A DNA stretch of 64,000 nucleotides from Felis catus (GCF_018350175.1 NC_058368.1:19222001-19286000), one strand, 5' to 3'; positions 34,700-48,846 are shown, numbered from the stretch's first letter. A program made the numbers and translations. Notes: generated from the sequence alone by a model not told the origin.

Positions 34700-36230
34700 G
34701 AGGGTGATGAGTATTCTTTTTGTTCAGTCTAATAAATTTGAGTGAAAGCTGTGTGCCGGCCACTATTAACAAAGTTGATTTTCTTGAGGAAGGCAAACAT
34801 GTGAAAAACAAATGCGACTATGTAATCATCGTTGTAAGGGAGGTACTTAAAGGTGGGAGGGGACACAGAGGAAGCGCCTCATCTCTGCTCAGAAATATCA
34901 GGGAGGCCCTAAGTAGGAGTTCACCAGATGGACAAAGCATGGAAGGGCACCCGTACTTCAGGAGATAGCATTGCAAAGCCTAGGAAATGAGAGTGTGGCT
35001 TCTTTAAGGAACTGCACATAATGTATAGGATATTTGTGTCAACGTAGGAAATCTGTACCAGATCTTGAAGGGTCTTCCAAAGCATGCCAAGAAGTTTGGA
35101 TGATTTCTGCAGGCAGTTGGAAATCACTACAGAGGTTTCCCTAAGGGGACTGTCACGGTCAGATGTGCACTTTAAAAAGAATGCTCTGGCTGCCATGGGT
35201 CACATGAATTAGAGGAGGGCAAGACAGAGGCAGGGGGATTTTGGAAAATTAATGAAACAGTACAAGCAAGAAGTTATAAGGCAGTGCAATAGGGCTGAAA
35301 CAAGCAGGGGTAACATTGATACAGTTTTGATGACCTTCATCAAATCCTCGGATTGGAGGTGAAGGAGCACAGCCAAGAGCTATAAATACATGTTTGAGAA
35401 TCTTCATGGATGGTGGTTGGAGCCCTGAGTGCAGATAAGCCTGTCTGGAAAAGTATGGAGAGTGAAAGGAGAAAAATAACAAGGATGATACCAGGAGGAC
35501 CAATATTTAAGAGTAAGAAGAAGAGAAGAAGCTGACAAAGGGAAGTAAGAAGTGGTCTGAAAATAGGAGGACACCCAGGAGAGACTGTGGTCCTGGAAAC
35601 ACAGGGTGGCAAGTGTCAAATGTCACCGGGAGGCCAAGTAGGTCACAGTCTGAAAGGGAGACAATGAGTTTGGAAACAAGAAAGTCATGTATTTGTTCAA
35701 GTCAGCGAATATGCGTTAAGCACCTATTGGGTACACACACTATTCAAGGCGCTGAGGATAAATCCGTGAACGAATTAGAAAATAAAAATCCCTGCCTCTA
35801 GCCTTATTTCTAGTGAGGGACACAGACAATAAACATGGAAATATGTGAAATTTTAATATGTTGTATAAGTACTCTGCAGAGAAGTAAAACAGGTAAGGAG
35901 GTCTGGAGTTGGGTGTGGGAGAGGTGTGGGTGCAGTGTGAATAAGGAGGTTGGAATGGTTTTGTGAGCCAGTGCAAAGGCCTTGACGGGAGAGTGCTTTT
36001 CGTTGTAATTGGTTTCAATCTCATGGAAGTAAAAGCTGGATTGCGATGAACTGAAGAGTGAATGGGAAGAAAAGAAGGAAGGAGGTGATGCAAGAGAAGG
36101 AAGTAGAATAAACAGCTCCTTCCTGCTGCTACAAGGCAGGGATGAGAGGCTAAGCACAGGTACAAGGAAGAGGGGAAAGGTAGACAAAGAAAGGCCTGGA
36201 AATGGAGGGTGTTGTAGGGTGGAGGCGAGG
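34700..36230 (-). mobile_element. L2 fragments
   Basis: gtcagatgtgcactttaaaaagaatgctctggctgcc and aagcacctattgggtacacacactattcaaggcgctgaggata resemble L2 antisense. Confidence 0.75.
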
Positions 36231-36394
36231 AAGCGGGGCTGCAAAGTTGCACAACTTCACTTTGTGGGACCGTCTGTGGGACTGTTGCTCCCTGGTGTTG
36301 TGAAACGGGGTGTTCCGACTCATTCCCTCCGTTAATTCCAATGTTCTACGTAGATTCTACGTTAATTCATAGAATTAGGAAGAACATCTATTTT

Positions 36395-36596
36395 CTTTTT
36401 TTCTTTCTTAATGTTTATTTTTGACAGAGAGAGACAGAGCATGAGTGGGGGAGGGGCAGAGAGAGAGGGAGACACAGAATCGGAAACAGGCTCCAGGCTC
36501 CGAGCTGTCAGCACAGAGCCCGATGCCGGGCTCGAACTCACGAACCACGAGATCATGATCTGAGCCGCTCAACCAACTGAGCCACCCAGGCGCCCC
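36395..36596 (-). mobile_element. CAN-SINE with small internal deletion
   Basis: TSD aggaagaacatctatttt. Confidence 0.95.
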
Positions 36597-37711
36597 AGGA
36601 AGAACATCTATTTTCAAAAGACAGAGCACAGGGATGTCCTGGAAGGTTTCAACTGGCTGGGACACAGGCTATAAAGAAATAAATACGTAAAATGTATCAA
36701 AAGAGCTGAAGTCAGATATGGAAATGGAAGTTGAATCTAGGTGGCCAAGTGGCACTGAGAGCTTGGAGGACAGTTGGGCCACACACTGAGCCTTTCACTC
36801 ACACCATCTCGCCTAATGTTATCACCAGTCTGGCAAGAAGAGACTATTCTTACTTGATGGTAAGAGAACACAAGCCCACGGTGCTGAGGCACCGTGCACG
36901 AGTTCATGCAGCTGGGAGGTAGCAATGCCAAGGTTCCAGACAGAGTGAGCTTTCCCCTACAACACGCTGCTTGAGATACAAACAGGAATGGGATGCAATC
37001 CCTGCTCTCAGCTCTCACACTCTATTGGGAAAAAAAACATATAAACAACTATAGAACAATGAGATGAATGCAAAACTGGTTTATGAGCAACGTGCTGTGG
37101 GAATACAGGCTTGTAAATTCTCCCAGGCAGTTGTGTGTTTGTGGTCAGCCAGGAGGGAGAACAGGAATGACAGAGGCAAAATATGAATAAATTCTCATGA
37201 CGACACAGTGAGTATCCTTCAATGCCACTTTCTTTTTAAAATGTGTATCCAACACTTATCATTTAAAATCAGCAATTTCTTAAGGTTGTATGTGGTTGGT
37301 TACTATGAGCCTTATATGCAGACTTTAAAAGCAGACAGGTTAAGATGCATACTTTGAAAGTGAACTTCTTCAATATATCAAAACCTTCACATTCTGTGTA
37401 AAGAATGAGGGAAATAAGAACATAAATGCATAGATATGAACATAGATCTTACTTCTGCATGAAGAAACATTGCAAGGACAAATCAGAAACCTCTCAGGTA
37501 GGTGTATGGGGAATGGGTTAGAAGGGATAGGGATGGAAGTGAGACTTTTCTGAGTATATATTCTTATAGTTTTTATTTATGATCCATATAAATGCTTTAT
37601 TTATTTAAAAAAGAAACAAGAAGCTTGTAAAATTAAAAACAGAGTGAAACAAACCAACCAAACTGTGTATCAAACTGATAAGATAACCACACAGAGATAA
37701 GAATTTTGAAT

Positions 37712-37919
37712 GTTTTTTTGAATGTTTATTTTTGAGAGAGAGAGAGAGCTAGCACAAGTAGGGGAGGGGTAAAGAGAGAGAGAGACACAGAAATCAAAGC
37801 AGGCTCCAGGCTCTGAGCTGTCAGCACAGAGCCCAACGCAGGGCTCAAACTTAAGAACCGTGAGATCATGACCTGAGTCAAAGTCAGATGCTTAACTGAC
37901 TGAACCACCCAGGTGCCCC
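37712..37919 (-). mobile_element. CAN-SINE
   Basis: SINE body; aattttgaa-like flanks. Confidence 0.93.
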
Positions 37920-38178
37920 TGAATGAATTTTTGAACACAATGCTCTAATTATATACCTTATTACAATATAGTCTAAGGGCAAAAGAAATTTTGAAGATAT
38001 CCTAAACTTCATCCTATACTTTGAGTTATAATTATAGCACTTTTTGAGACTATTTTGTGTATATTAGGGATAAAGCAAATTAATATTTTGATATTTTTAG
38101 GAACCAAGAGGTTTAGCAAGAGAAAATGGTATAACAAAGTCTAAGAGTTTTAAAAAATATAATAATGTTAAAATCTGA

Positions 38179-38320
38179 GGCTCTGGGCTGATGGCTCGGA
38201 GCCTGGAGCCTGTTTCCGATTCTGTGTCTCCCTCTCTCTCTGCCCCTCCCCTGTTCATGCTCTGTCTCTCTCTGTCCCAAAAATAAATAAATGTTGAAAA
38301 AAAATTTAAAAAAAAAAAAT
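38179..38320 (+). mobile_element. 5'-truncated young SINEC_Fc
   Basis: Lacks the tRNA head; TSD aataatgttaaaatctga at 38161-38178 and 38321-38338. Confidence 0.93.
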
Positions 38321-38339
38321 AATAATGTTAAAATCTGAA

Positions 38340-40060
38340 TTGATTTATGCATCAAAGGACACAATCAGAGGTCAAAAGGCAACCTATAGAATGGAAGAAA
38401 ATATTTATAAATTTTGTCTCTGATAAGGGATTGATATACAGAATATACAAAGAACTCCTACAACTTAACAACAAAAAAGCAAGATAATCTTACTTAAAAA
38501 TGGGCAAAGTTCTTGAATAGACGTGTCTCTAAAGAGGATATACAAATGACCGATAAGTATAGTCATTAGGGGAATGCAAATCAAAACTACACTGAGGTAT
38601 CACCTCACACCCATTAGGATGGCTACTGTTTAAAAAAAGAGAAAGAAAATAACAAGTGTTGGTGAAGATGTAAAGAAAATGGAACCTTTGTGCACACTAT
38701 CCACAGACACGTGAAATAGTGCAGCCACTATGAAAAACAGTACGGTGGTTCCCAAAAAAGTTAAACACAAAATTATCATATAATCCAGCAATTCTGCCTC
38801 TGGGTATATACTCAGAGGAATAAAAAGCAGGATCTTGAAGGGATATTTGCACACCCTTGTTCATAGCAGTATTATTCACAATAGTCAGACAATTTATTTT
38901 ATTTTATTTTATTTTTTATTTTTTATTTTTATTTTTTCAATATATAAAATTTATTGTCAAATTGGTTTCCATACAACACCCAGTGCTCATCCCAAAAGGT
39001 GCCCTCCTCCATACCCATCACCCACCCTCCCCTCCCTCCCACCCCCTATCAACCCTCAGTTTGTTCTCAGTTTTTAACAGTCTCTTATGCTTTGGCTCTC
39101 TCCCACTCTAACCTCTTTTTTTTTTTCCTTCCCCTCCCCCATGGGTTTCTGTTAAGTTTCTCAGGATCCACATAAGAGTGAAACCATATGGTATCTTTCT
39201 CTGTATGGCTTATTTCACTTAGCATCACACTCTCCAGTTCCATCCATGTTGCTACAAAGGGCCATATTTCATTTTTTCTCATTGCCACGTAGTATTCCAT
39301 TGTGTATATAAACCACAATTTCTTTATCCATTCATCAGTTGATGGACATTTAGGCTCTTTCCATAATTTGGCTATTGTTGTGAGTGCTGCTATAAACATT
39401 GGGGTACAAGTGCCCCTATGCATCAGCTCTCCTGTATCCCTTGGGTAAATTCCTAGCAGTGCTATTGCTGGGTCATAGGGTAGGTCTAGTTTTAATTTTC
39501 TGAGGAACCTCCACACTGTTTTCCAGAGCGGCTGCAGCAATTTGCATTCCCACCAACAGTGCAAGAGGGTTCCCATTTCTCCACATCCTCTCCAGCATCT
39601 ATAGTCTCCTGATTTGTTCATTTTGGCCACTCTGAATAGTCAGACAATTTAAATGACCATCAGTTGATGAATGGATAAACAAAATGTGGTGTATGCATAC
39701 AATGGAATATTATTCAGCCTTAAAAAGAAGGATAATTCTGACACAGGCTGCAACACGGATGAACCTTGAAGACATTATGGTAAGTAAAATAAACCAGTTA
39801 CAAAAGGACAAATACCGTATGATTCCCCTTATATGAGGTACAAGAGTAGGTAAATTCGTAAAGACAGGAAATAGAATGGTAGTTGCTAGTGCCTTCGGGG
39901 AAATAGGAGGGACAAGGAGTTGTTTAACAGGTATAGAGTTTCAGTTTTACAAGATGAAAAAGTTCTGGGGATTAAGTATAATAATGTGAATATACTTAAC
40001 AGTATTGAACTGCACAGTTAACAATTAAGATGGTAAATTTTATAAGTATTTTACCACAAT
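38340..40060 (+). mobile_element. L1MB-like ORF2 3' end and 3'UTR
   Basis: ORF2 C-terminal-like sequence and L1M-type 3'UTR, split by a young L1. Confidence 0.8.
38897..39634 (-). mobile_element. Young felid L1, 5'-truncated
   Basis: Open ORF2 C-terminus (181-aa ORF with CWRGCGE...HCWWECK); TSD aatagtcagacaattta at 38880-38896 and 39635-39651. Confidence 0.96.
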
Positions 40061-40504
40061 TTTTACAAGTCTGAATCAAAATAGCGTTAGGACCTCATGA
40101 TTTTTAAAAATATGTTTCCCAGTACTATCCTTTGAAAAGGCCAGAAGCAAAGGCACCCTTGATCTTGGTTTCTAAACACTATTTCCTACCAAAAGAAAGC
40201 AGAACTCTTTAAAGACATGGCTGATTTCAGCCCTGGGCAGAGAAACGCAAGTTGAACCCAGGACATCTTAATGTGCCAAAAAGCAAGAAAGCTCTAAGTT
40301 AGAAAGACTAACAGGGATCTTCCAAGAGGACACAGTAGCCAGTCTGAAAAGGCCCCCACTGGATAGATTCAAACAGTTTGGACATCAAAAGGAATAACTG
40401 ATTATAAACTATTACTTTGTTTTAAAACTCCATGAGTTAGTTCATGTATACAGAAATGATTATACTAGTGACTTACTTTAAAATTTAATAATTAGGGTGC
40501 CTGG

Positions 40505-41187
40505 CTGGCAGTGGGAATGCAAACCAGTGCAGCCGCTCTGGAAAACAGGGTGGAGGTTCCTCAAAAATTAAAATTAGAACTACCCTACGACCCAGCAATA
40601 GCCCTGCTAGGAATTTATCCAAAGGACACAGGAGTGCTGATGCATAGAGGCACTTGTACCCCAATGTTTATAGCAGCACTTTCAACAACAGCCAAATTAT
40701 GGAAAGAGCCTAAATGTCCATCAACTGACAAATGGAGAAAGAAGATGTGGTTTGTATATACAATGGAATACTACTTGGCAATGAGAGAGAATGAAATCTG
40801 GCCATTTGCAGCAACGTGGATGGAACTGGAAAGTATTATGCTGAGTGAAATAAGTCAGTCAAAGACAGATATCATATGTTTTCACTCATGTGTGGACCTT
40901 GAGACACTCAACAGAAAACCATGGGAGAGGGGAAGGGGAAAAAATAGTTACAAACAGAGGGGGAGGGAGGCAAACCATAAGAGACTTAAATACAGAGAAC
41001 AAACTGAGGGTGGATGGGAGGTGGGGAAGAGGGAAAACGGGTGATGGCATTGAGGAGGGCACTTATTGGGATGAGCACTGGGTGTTGTATGGAAGCGATG
41101 AACCACAGGAATCTACCCCAAAAACCAAGGGCACACTTCACACACTGTATGTTAGCCAATTGGACAATAAATTATATTTAAAAATAA
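40505..41187 (+). mobile_element. 5'-truncated felid L1
   Basis: [14 protein letters not shown] peptide and 3'UTR; TSD taataattagggtgcctgg at 40486-40504 and 41188-41206. Confidence 0.95.
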
Positions 41188-41196
41188 TAATAATTA

Positions 41197-41408
41197 GGGT
41201 GCCTGGGTGACTCAGTCGGTTGAGCATTCAACTTTGGCTCAGGTCATGATCTCAGGGTTCATGGGTTTGAGCCCCACATCGGGCTCTGTACTGGCAGCGC
41301 GGAGCCTGCTGGTGATTCTCTCTCTCCCTCTTTCTCTGCCCCTCCCCACTTGTATTCTCTCTCTCTGTCTCTCTCTCTCTCTGTCTCTCTGTCTCTCCTT
41401 CTCAAACA
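41197..41408 (+). mobile_element. CAN-SINE
   Basis: SINE head and (CT)n tract. Confidence 0.92.
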
Positions 41409-41708
41409 GATTGATAATTCATGGGGGGAAAGTAGGTTTTTATCCTACCTTTTTGTAGGGAACTGTAGTTCATTGCCAGTGGATGAAGGGAAACTCGACC
41501 AAAAACACAGTTAATAAATGTGGAAAGAATAATAGAAACACAAAATCACTATTTTGCTATCTCCCAATTGGTTGATTTAAGCAATTATAAATGGAATCTA
41601 AAACCATTAGGTAAAACGTTTTGGGGGAACAGGATGTGGACACAGTGCCCATGTATACCCTATCACCCACAGATTACTTAAGTAATTGCCAAGGGAAACA
41701 TCAAGAAT

Positions 41709-42112
41709 TGTGAAGGGTCTGAGAAAACCCTACTTGCAAATAGACAAATTAGTCTGCCAGTTTTTGGATACCTTAGTGAGGGTTCATTCCTCAAAATGTA
41801 TCAGTATTTTTGTGCTGGTTTCCCCAAATCCACAGGGCAAAGTGAAGAGGGCCAGATGATACTGGCACACAGTAAACTGTATAACAATAAAACAACCCGG
41901 AGCTTAAGGAACCCTAACTTTTTATACCAGACAGTAAGCATGCCTTCCCTTGGCTGTAGATGGAGAAAGGATCTGTATCTTCCAAGGCTGCTTGCTATTC
42001 AAACTTCCTTGAAAAGAAGTGGGGAGGGGGGAGGAGTTGTGGGAGGAGGCAGTCAGTGCCTTGCTTATAAGTTGTACAGAAAAGTGAGAGACCATGGAGA
42101 GTTGTTTCCCCA
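41709..42112 (-). mobile_element. MER34/MER39-like solo LTR
   Basis: tgtgaagggtctgagaaaaccctacttgcaa at one end and ggagagttgtttcccca at the other resemble MER34-family termini. Confidence 0.65.
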
Positions 42113-42389
42113 TTCATATTTACAGTGGAGAGATCTGGCCACTGCCTCCTTAATCGAGAGTTCAAACCTAGCGTCATTAATAATAGAATACTTGTGCCTC
42201 CTGATGTGATGCAACCCAAAATACAGAAACTCCTATGAATCTTCAGTTGAATTTGGTTAAGTCTTTAGACATAATTTCCAAGTTACAAAAAATACAGGGA
42301 ATAGAGGAACAAGTTACCACCACCAGGAAGCAGTCAGACAAATCTGCACTGGACAAGTGACCCAATTTAAAAAGCCAATGTCATTTTTT

Positions 42390-42590
42390 AGTTTTTAAAT
42401 TCTTTAAAAAATTTATTTATTTATTTTAAGAGAGAGAGAGAGGCAGAAGAGGGAGAGAGAGAATCCCAAGCAGGCTCCCCACTGCTAGTATGGAGCCTGA
42501 CATGGGGCTTGGTGTCATGAACCGTGAGATCATGACCTGAGCCAAAATTAAGAGTAGGGCACTTAACCGACTGAGCAACCCAGGTGCTCC
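42390..42590 (-). mobile_element. CAN-SINE (older)
   Basis: SINE body. Confidence 0.9.
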
Positions 42591-44103
42591 TCAATATCAT
42601 TTTATAAAAAGAGTATGTGGAGGGATGATCTAGTGTAAAAGAAGACATAAGCAAATGCAATGCGTAAATCTTGATTGCATCCTGAATCAGAAATAGACTC
42701 CTTGGGGGCAATTGGAGAAAATTGAATATGGATTGGATATCAGATTATTTTAGAGAATCGTTTTCTTAGGGGTGATAATAATATGGGTTTTGTAGAATGT
42801 CGTTCTTTGAAGATACATTTTGAAGGGTCATGTAAACCTGCAACATATTTTCAAATTGCTCAGCAACACACACACCCAAGATTGAACTCTAGGAAATTGT
42901 TTCTATTCAACTGTTTCCTATTACAATTTCATAAGGTTCAACCTAACAGATCAATGAAACAAATATACCAAATGTTAACAGTTATTGAAGTCTGGTGGTG
43001 GATAGATCAGTGTGACTGTACATGCCTTCAACTCTTCTGATTATTTGAACATTTTATTCATAAAATTTTGGGAAAAAAATAAGAAAAAAGATGAGAGTTT
43101 GACATGAAAATGCACCAAGGCAGTGAATCCTGTCTTTGCCACTTAGTAGCTGTAGGAGGGCAATGATGCCAAGAGAAGGTTCTTGGAAACGGAAGTGGAG
43201 GGGAATTGGGAGAGGCTTTATTCCATTCACATCTTCTGTGGGGCCCCCACCCACACCGCCCCACTAAGCACAAGCCTACCAAAGAGCAGTGTGCTTTAAC
43301 CTAAGCCTCCTAAATACTAGATTTTGACCCCTAGGGCCCACCCACAAGAAGCTATGTGACCTGGGCAGGGTATTTAATTTCCCCAAGGCCTTAATACTGA
43401 GTAGATCTGAAGAATGAAGAGGAGGGAGACGTTTAGGATGACTTCCAGATTTCTGGCCAGAGTGACACCTCAGAAAGAGGAGATGTAAGCCTCCCTGGGG
43501 GTTTGGGAAGGATTTCAGGCCAAAGGATTCAAGGAGGAAAAAGAGGCTCTTCTTCAGAAGTGGTACGAGGGCTCAGGGTCACCTAATTTTAACACAATGG
43601 GATTTCTTTTTGTGCCCCAAGCTGATGACAATGAATGGAACAAGTACATCTATTTTTCAAATCTTCTATAACGAGCATACAAAATGAACTTTGTTTTTAA
43701 AGCAGTTCTGCAGTGTAAAGCTCAGAAACATCAAAAAACAGATATAAGGTTTTGTATTTTTTGAGCTGTATTTTTAATTGAGTAGTTAGTTATATGATTG
43801 TGACCTAAATATTAAATTTTCAGTGCATGCATTTGAACTTATAAATTTATGTCCATCAATTAAGAAAAATAAAATGCTGCTTGATTGTTTTGGCAACAGC
43901 TGAGGGAGAAACTGACAACAGCAGTAACTTCAGGCAGGATCCTGCGGGGGTGGCATCCGGGGCAGAGGTGGGCAGTGAGAGACAAGTCTCACAGCTGATG
44001 CTCGGAGAAAGAGTAAACAGGACAGGGCGGCTGGAGGTAGAAGCCATCCAGGTTCCCCAAAGAAGGGAAAGCAACAACAACAACAAAACACACAAACAAC
44101 AAC

Positions 44104-44134
<31 letters not shown>

Positions 44135-44546
44135 ACAAAAAACAGGGTGGGGAGGGCCGAGGTCCAGCAACAACACCAGGAGCTAATTGTGCTAATGACA
44201 GCCACAAGATGGCTCACGGATTAGATCTCCAGGCATTAGTAATAGGTTATCCTGACCCTCACCATAACCCTGGAAGGTAGGATTGTTATGTTTGGGTTTT
44301 GTGTTAACAAGTGGGGAGGGGAAAATAGTACAGGAAGATTTACAACAAAAAGTTCCTTGCTTGTTAGTTCCAGCCTCTGTCTTACTTTGTACATGCAAAC
44401 CTCTCTTAACTCCCTGGCTTCAAATTCTCTTGGTGGTGCTCTCCAACCATGCAAATATGACCGAGCCACATTTTTCAGACATTACTTATGGACTCTTGCA
44501 ATGAATGACAGGTAAAGATGCAGCTCATTTAATATCACCCCCCACT

Positions 44547-44590
<44 letters not shown>

Positions 44591-44756
44591 CATCACTATT
44601 TTTAGTTCTATTTTTTATTTTTGCAACTTTAATTTCCTTAAACTTTTGCTTTCAGTTCTTTTAAATAGAAACAGCATCTCTGGTGCTGTGGAGGAGGATT
44701 TTTGTGAGAGGATATTTGAGCTCGGTGACTCTTACAACTCCCACCTCCACTTCTAT

Positions 44757-44868
44757 CTTTTTTTAAGTTTGTTTATGTAAGTACTCTCTATGCCCAGGTG
44801 GGGCTCAAACTTACAACCCAAGATCAGGAGTCACATGTTCTTCTGATTGACCCAGCCAAGCGCCCCCC
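44757..44868 (-). mobile_element. Short CAN-SINE
   Basis: ctctatgcccaggtggggctcaaacttacaaccc...ccaagcgcccc. Confidence 0.85.
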
Positions 44869-45299
44869 ATCTCCACTTCCATCTCCAAGCATTTCGTAAA
44901 GCTGTGCTCTGAGCCTTAGATTTCCACGACTGAGAACATTTACATTCCATTCTGTAACCATTATTGTCTTCTAAAGTTTGTGCTTAGGGTAGAGTCAGAG
45001 CAGTCTATAGACTGTAGTCTAATAGACTTACTGTAATAAATGGCATTAACACAATTATATTTATGAAAACTTTCCTTCACAGCAGAGCCAAGAAATGTGA
45101 CTCCTTGGCTGTACTCAGTGTTGCAACCCTGTACTACTCAACGGTTCAAAGTTGCTTAGTTTCCTTCTTTTTCTTTTCCTAGTGTTTTTTTAATCAAAGA
45201 GAAAATCTGTGCCATCTTGCCCATGCTATACTTGGAATCCTCCAGCTCTATGCTCTATGAAATACCTTTATTTCCTAGAGCCCTATTCTTCAAATATGA

Positions 45300-45444
45300 G
45301 ACACCACACAGCTAATATTCTTGGTAACATGTATTTCCTGATCCCATGAGCCTTTACTTGGCTATTTTACTAGATGACAGGCTCAAATAACTTCCTAAGA
45401 AAGGTGTATGGCCAGTAAGCTTTCTGAGTTTCTACGTGCCTAAC

Positions 45445-45492
<48 letters not shown>

Positions 45493-46790
45493 AATGTTTA
45501 TTTAGTTTTGAGAGAAAGACAGAGACAGAGACAGTGTGAGCAGGGGAGGGGCAGAGAGAGAAAGAGGGAGACACAGAATCTGAAGCAGGCTCCAGGCTCT
45601 GAGCTGTCAGCACAGAGCCTGATGTGGGACTCCATCTCATGAACCTTGAGATCATGACTTGAGCTAAAGTCGGATGCTTAACCCACTGAGCTACCCAGGT
45701 GCCCCTGCATGCCTAACAAAGTTTTTATTTTGCCCTCACAACTAATTTGACTGGGTATAGGTTTCCAAAGTTGAAAATCATTACTCCCCTAAATGTTGAG
45801 GCTATTATGCCACTGTTTCTAGTGGGGCTACTGAGAAATCTAATGCCACTATGATTCTTGTTTCTTGTAGGAGCTGCAGTTCCCTCACCCCAGGAGAATT
45901 CTTGGGATCTTCTCTGTATGGCTTGTTCTAAAACTTCCAAATGATGTGTGGCCTTTTCCACTCCCCCTAATCAAAACTCAGGAGGCCCTTTTTTTCAAAC
46001 ATTGTTTTTTAAGTGTATTTATTTTGAGAGAGAGAGAGCACAAGTGGGCAAGGAACAGAGAGAAAGGGAGAGAAAGAGAATCCCAGTGTGGGGCTTGAAC
46101 TCACAAACTGTGAGATCATGACCAGAGCCAAAATCAAGAGTCAGCAGCTTAACTGACTGAGTCACTCAGGCGCCCCTCAGGCAGTTATCTTTGATTGAAA
46201 ACTCATACCTTTAGTAGTGGAATTTTCATTGTATTACTTCTTTGGGATCTTTTCCCCCTCAGTTTCTCTGTTCTTTCTGGAATTCCTTTTCGTCTCTTAT
46301 TGGATCCCCTCTGGATCTACCCTTTGTGTTTTTGTGTGTTCATGCTGTCATATTTTACATATTTTTTGCTCCAGGTTTTGAGAGATTTCCTTTAATCTAT
46401 CTTACAATCCTCTCTTGAATTTTCATTTCCAAGGGTTCTGTCCCATTTTCTTTTTTTAAGATTTTATTTTTAAGTGATCTCTACACCCAATGTGGTGCTT
46501 GAACTCACAACCCCAAGATCAAGGGTAGCATGCTCCACCAACAAAGTCAGCCAGGCACCCCATCTATCCCATTTTCTGATTTTTCCTTCTTATGGCATCA
46601 TAGTTTTGTTTAATAAAATATCATTTCACATCTCCTTAGGGACAAATAATTAATTTTATAGGGTTTTTATTTGACTCTTGTTATATTCCCTGAATTCTGT
46701 TTTCCTCTGGGGTTGGTTTTTCTATGTTTATCTTTTTTTCATCATATTGTAGGCTTTTCTCAGGTGATTCTCAGTTATCAGGCTGTTCCT
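45300..46790 (-). mobile_element. Ancient L1 ORF1-region remnant with SINEs at 45490-45704, 45990-46176 and 46450-46561 and (GT)n at 45448-45489
   Basis: atttgactgggtatagg...gagaaatctaatgcc resembles antisense L1 ORF1; the SINE bodies are clear. Confidence 0.65.
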
Positions 46791-47864
46791 AAACATGAGA
46801 CAGGGGTAAGGCCTCCTGTGGACCTTGCTGAGTGGCAGGCCTCAATCTAGGGTGACTAGAGGCCTGATCCTTATGCTGAAGTCTCTCAAAGGCCAGAATG
46901 TAGATGGCTTTGTGCTAGACACCAACCACAACTCCACTGCCCACGTTTTCTCAGACAGATCCTTCAGTGTCTTTCGGAAGGTCCCCTCTGGTTATTTATT
47001 GGTTGGTTTCTGTGTGTAGTTGGGCACCAAGTTCCTGGGCGTTCTTGGCACCAGACTTGAGTAGTGTGGAGGATGACTGTTTCACATACAGATTTTCACT
47101 GTCCTCTGTCTTCTCTGCACTCTACTAACTTCTCCGAGTCCCCGACCTCTGCCAGGTCCTAGCACATACAGAGGCTTCCTCGTCTTCTGCAAGACCCTCC
47201 AAGCGTATCCTGGGCTACAGCTTCTTGCACTCAGTCTTGTCCCATTTGTCTTCCAGAAATTCACAGATAGTACTTATCCTTTGTTCTCCACACCATTTTT
47301 GGTATTGTAACTTTTATATTCCTTTGTATAATTATAATTGAGTCCTAAGAGGAAGAGGGAATAAATATGTGTGTTCAAGTCCCCATCTTGAGCCAGTTAG
47401 AAAAGGTAGGGATTATTCCCATTTTACAGTTGGAAAAACAGAGGCTCATGTGATTAAGTGACTGGCCTCAGATCATACAGAAAGGGCCAGAATTACACTT
47501 ACATGCTTTTGACTATGTCAACCTACTTCTTTTCGTCCAAACCATGATTCAGCTGGTATGACCTGGAGAATAAGGCCTTTACTTCATACTATGAGTTTTA
47601 AATACAACGTTATTTATGTATAAAAGTAATTCAGAAACTGTCCAGACTAAAAACTGTGAAATATCATTTTATAAGTCACATGTCTAGAATAAAAGGGGAA
47701 ATCATTAAAATCATAAAACAGTTTGTATTTTGGGGGTGAGCTTGGAGCAGAATACAGCTTGAGGAGACAAAATTGGTAGGTAGGGCAGGATTAATTAATA
47801 CTTGGGTAGTTATGGCAAAGGCATAGCACACTCAGGCTATCTCACATCCATAAAATCCACTTTG

Positions 47865-48815
47865 TCTGTTTGTTTAACTGAGGTAAAATTGACATATTAG
47901 TTTCAGGTATACAACATAATAATTTGATATTTGTATAAACTACAAGGTGATCACCACAATAAGTCTGGTTATCATTCACCACCATAAGACTGACCCCTTC
48001 ACACCTTTTGTCCACATTCCAACCCCTTTCCCTTCTGATAACCACCAATCTGTTCTCTGTATCTGTGAGTTTTGTTTTGTTTGTTCATTTGTTTTGTTTT
48101 TTAGGTTACACATATAAGTGAAATCATAAAGTATTTGTCTTTATCTGTTTAACTTATTTTACTTAGCACAGTACCCTTTAGGCCATCCATGTTGTCACAA
48201 ATGATAAGATTTCCTTCTTTTTTGTGGCTGAGTAGTATTCTGTGTGTATATATGCCACACTTTTATCCATTCACCCATCGATGAGCACTTAGGTTGTGTC
48301 TATGGCTTTGCTATTATAAATAATGTTGCAGTGAACATATGGAGTGCATATATCTTTTCAAATTAGTGTGTTCCTATTCTGCAGATAAATACCCAGAACT
48401 GGAATTGTTCGATCATATGGTATTTCTATTTTTAATTTTTTGAGGACCCTCCATATGGCTTTATATTCTGGCTGCACTAATTCACAATCCCACCAACAAT
48501 GTAGGAGGGTTCTCTCCTCTCCACAACCTCTCCAACACTTGTTATTTCTTGTCTTTTTGTTAATAGCTATTCTGACAGGTATGAAATGATATCTCATTGT
48601 GGTTTTGATCTGCATTTCCCTGATGATTAGTGATGTTGAGCATCTTTTCATGTGCCTGTTATCCATTTATATGTCTTCTTTGAAAAAAATCTATTCAGAT
48701 CATCTTCCCACTTTTTAATCAGATTGTTTTGTTATTAATTTGCATAAATTCTTCATATATTTTGGATATTAGCTCTTTGTCAGATATATTTTCTCCCATT
48801 CAGTAGGTTCTCTTT

Positions 48816-48846
<31 letters not shown>

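Larger units (their letters stand above)
37200..43050 (+). mobile_element. Ancient L1MC/MD-like 3' region broken by nested insertions
   Basis: L1M 3'UTR-like pieces at ~37200-38160, 40070-40480, 41410-41700 and 42120-43050. Confidence 0.6.

Noticed and set aside
35740..36252. Overlapping 170-aa and 144-aa ORFs
   Set aside because: Pyrimidine-rich L2-derived strand with few stop codons; compositionally biased.
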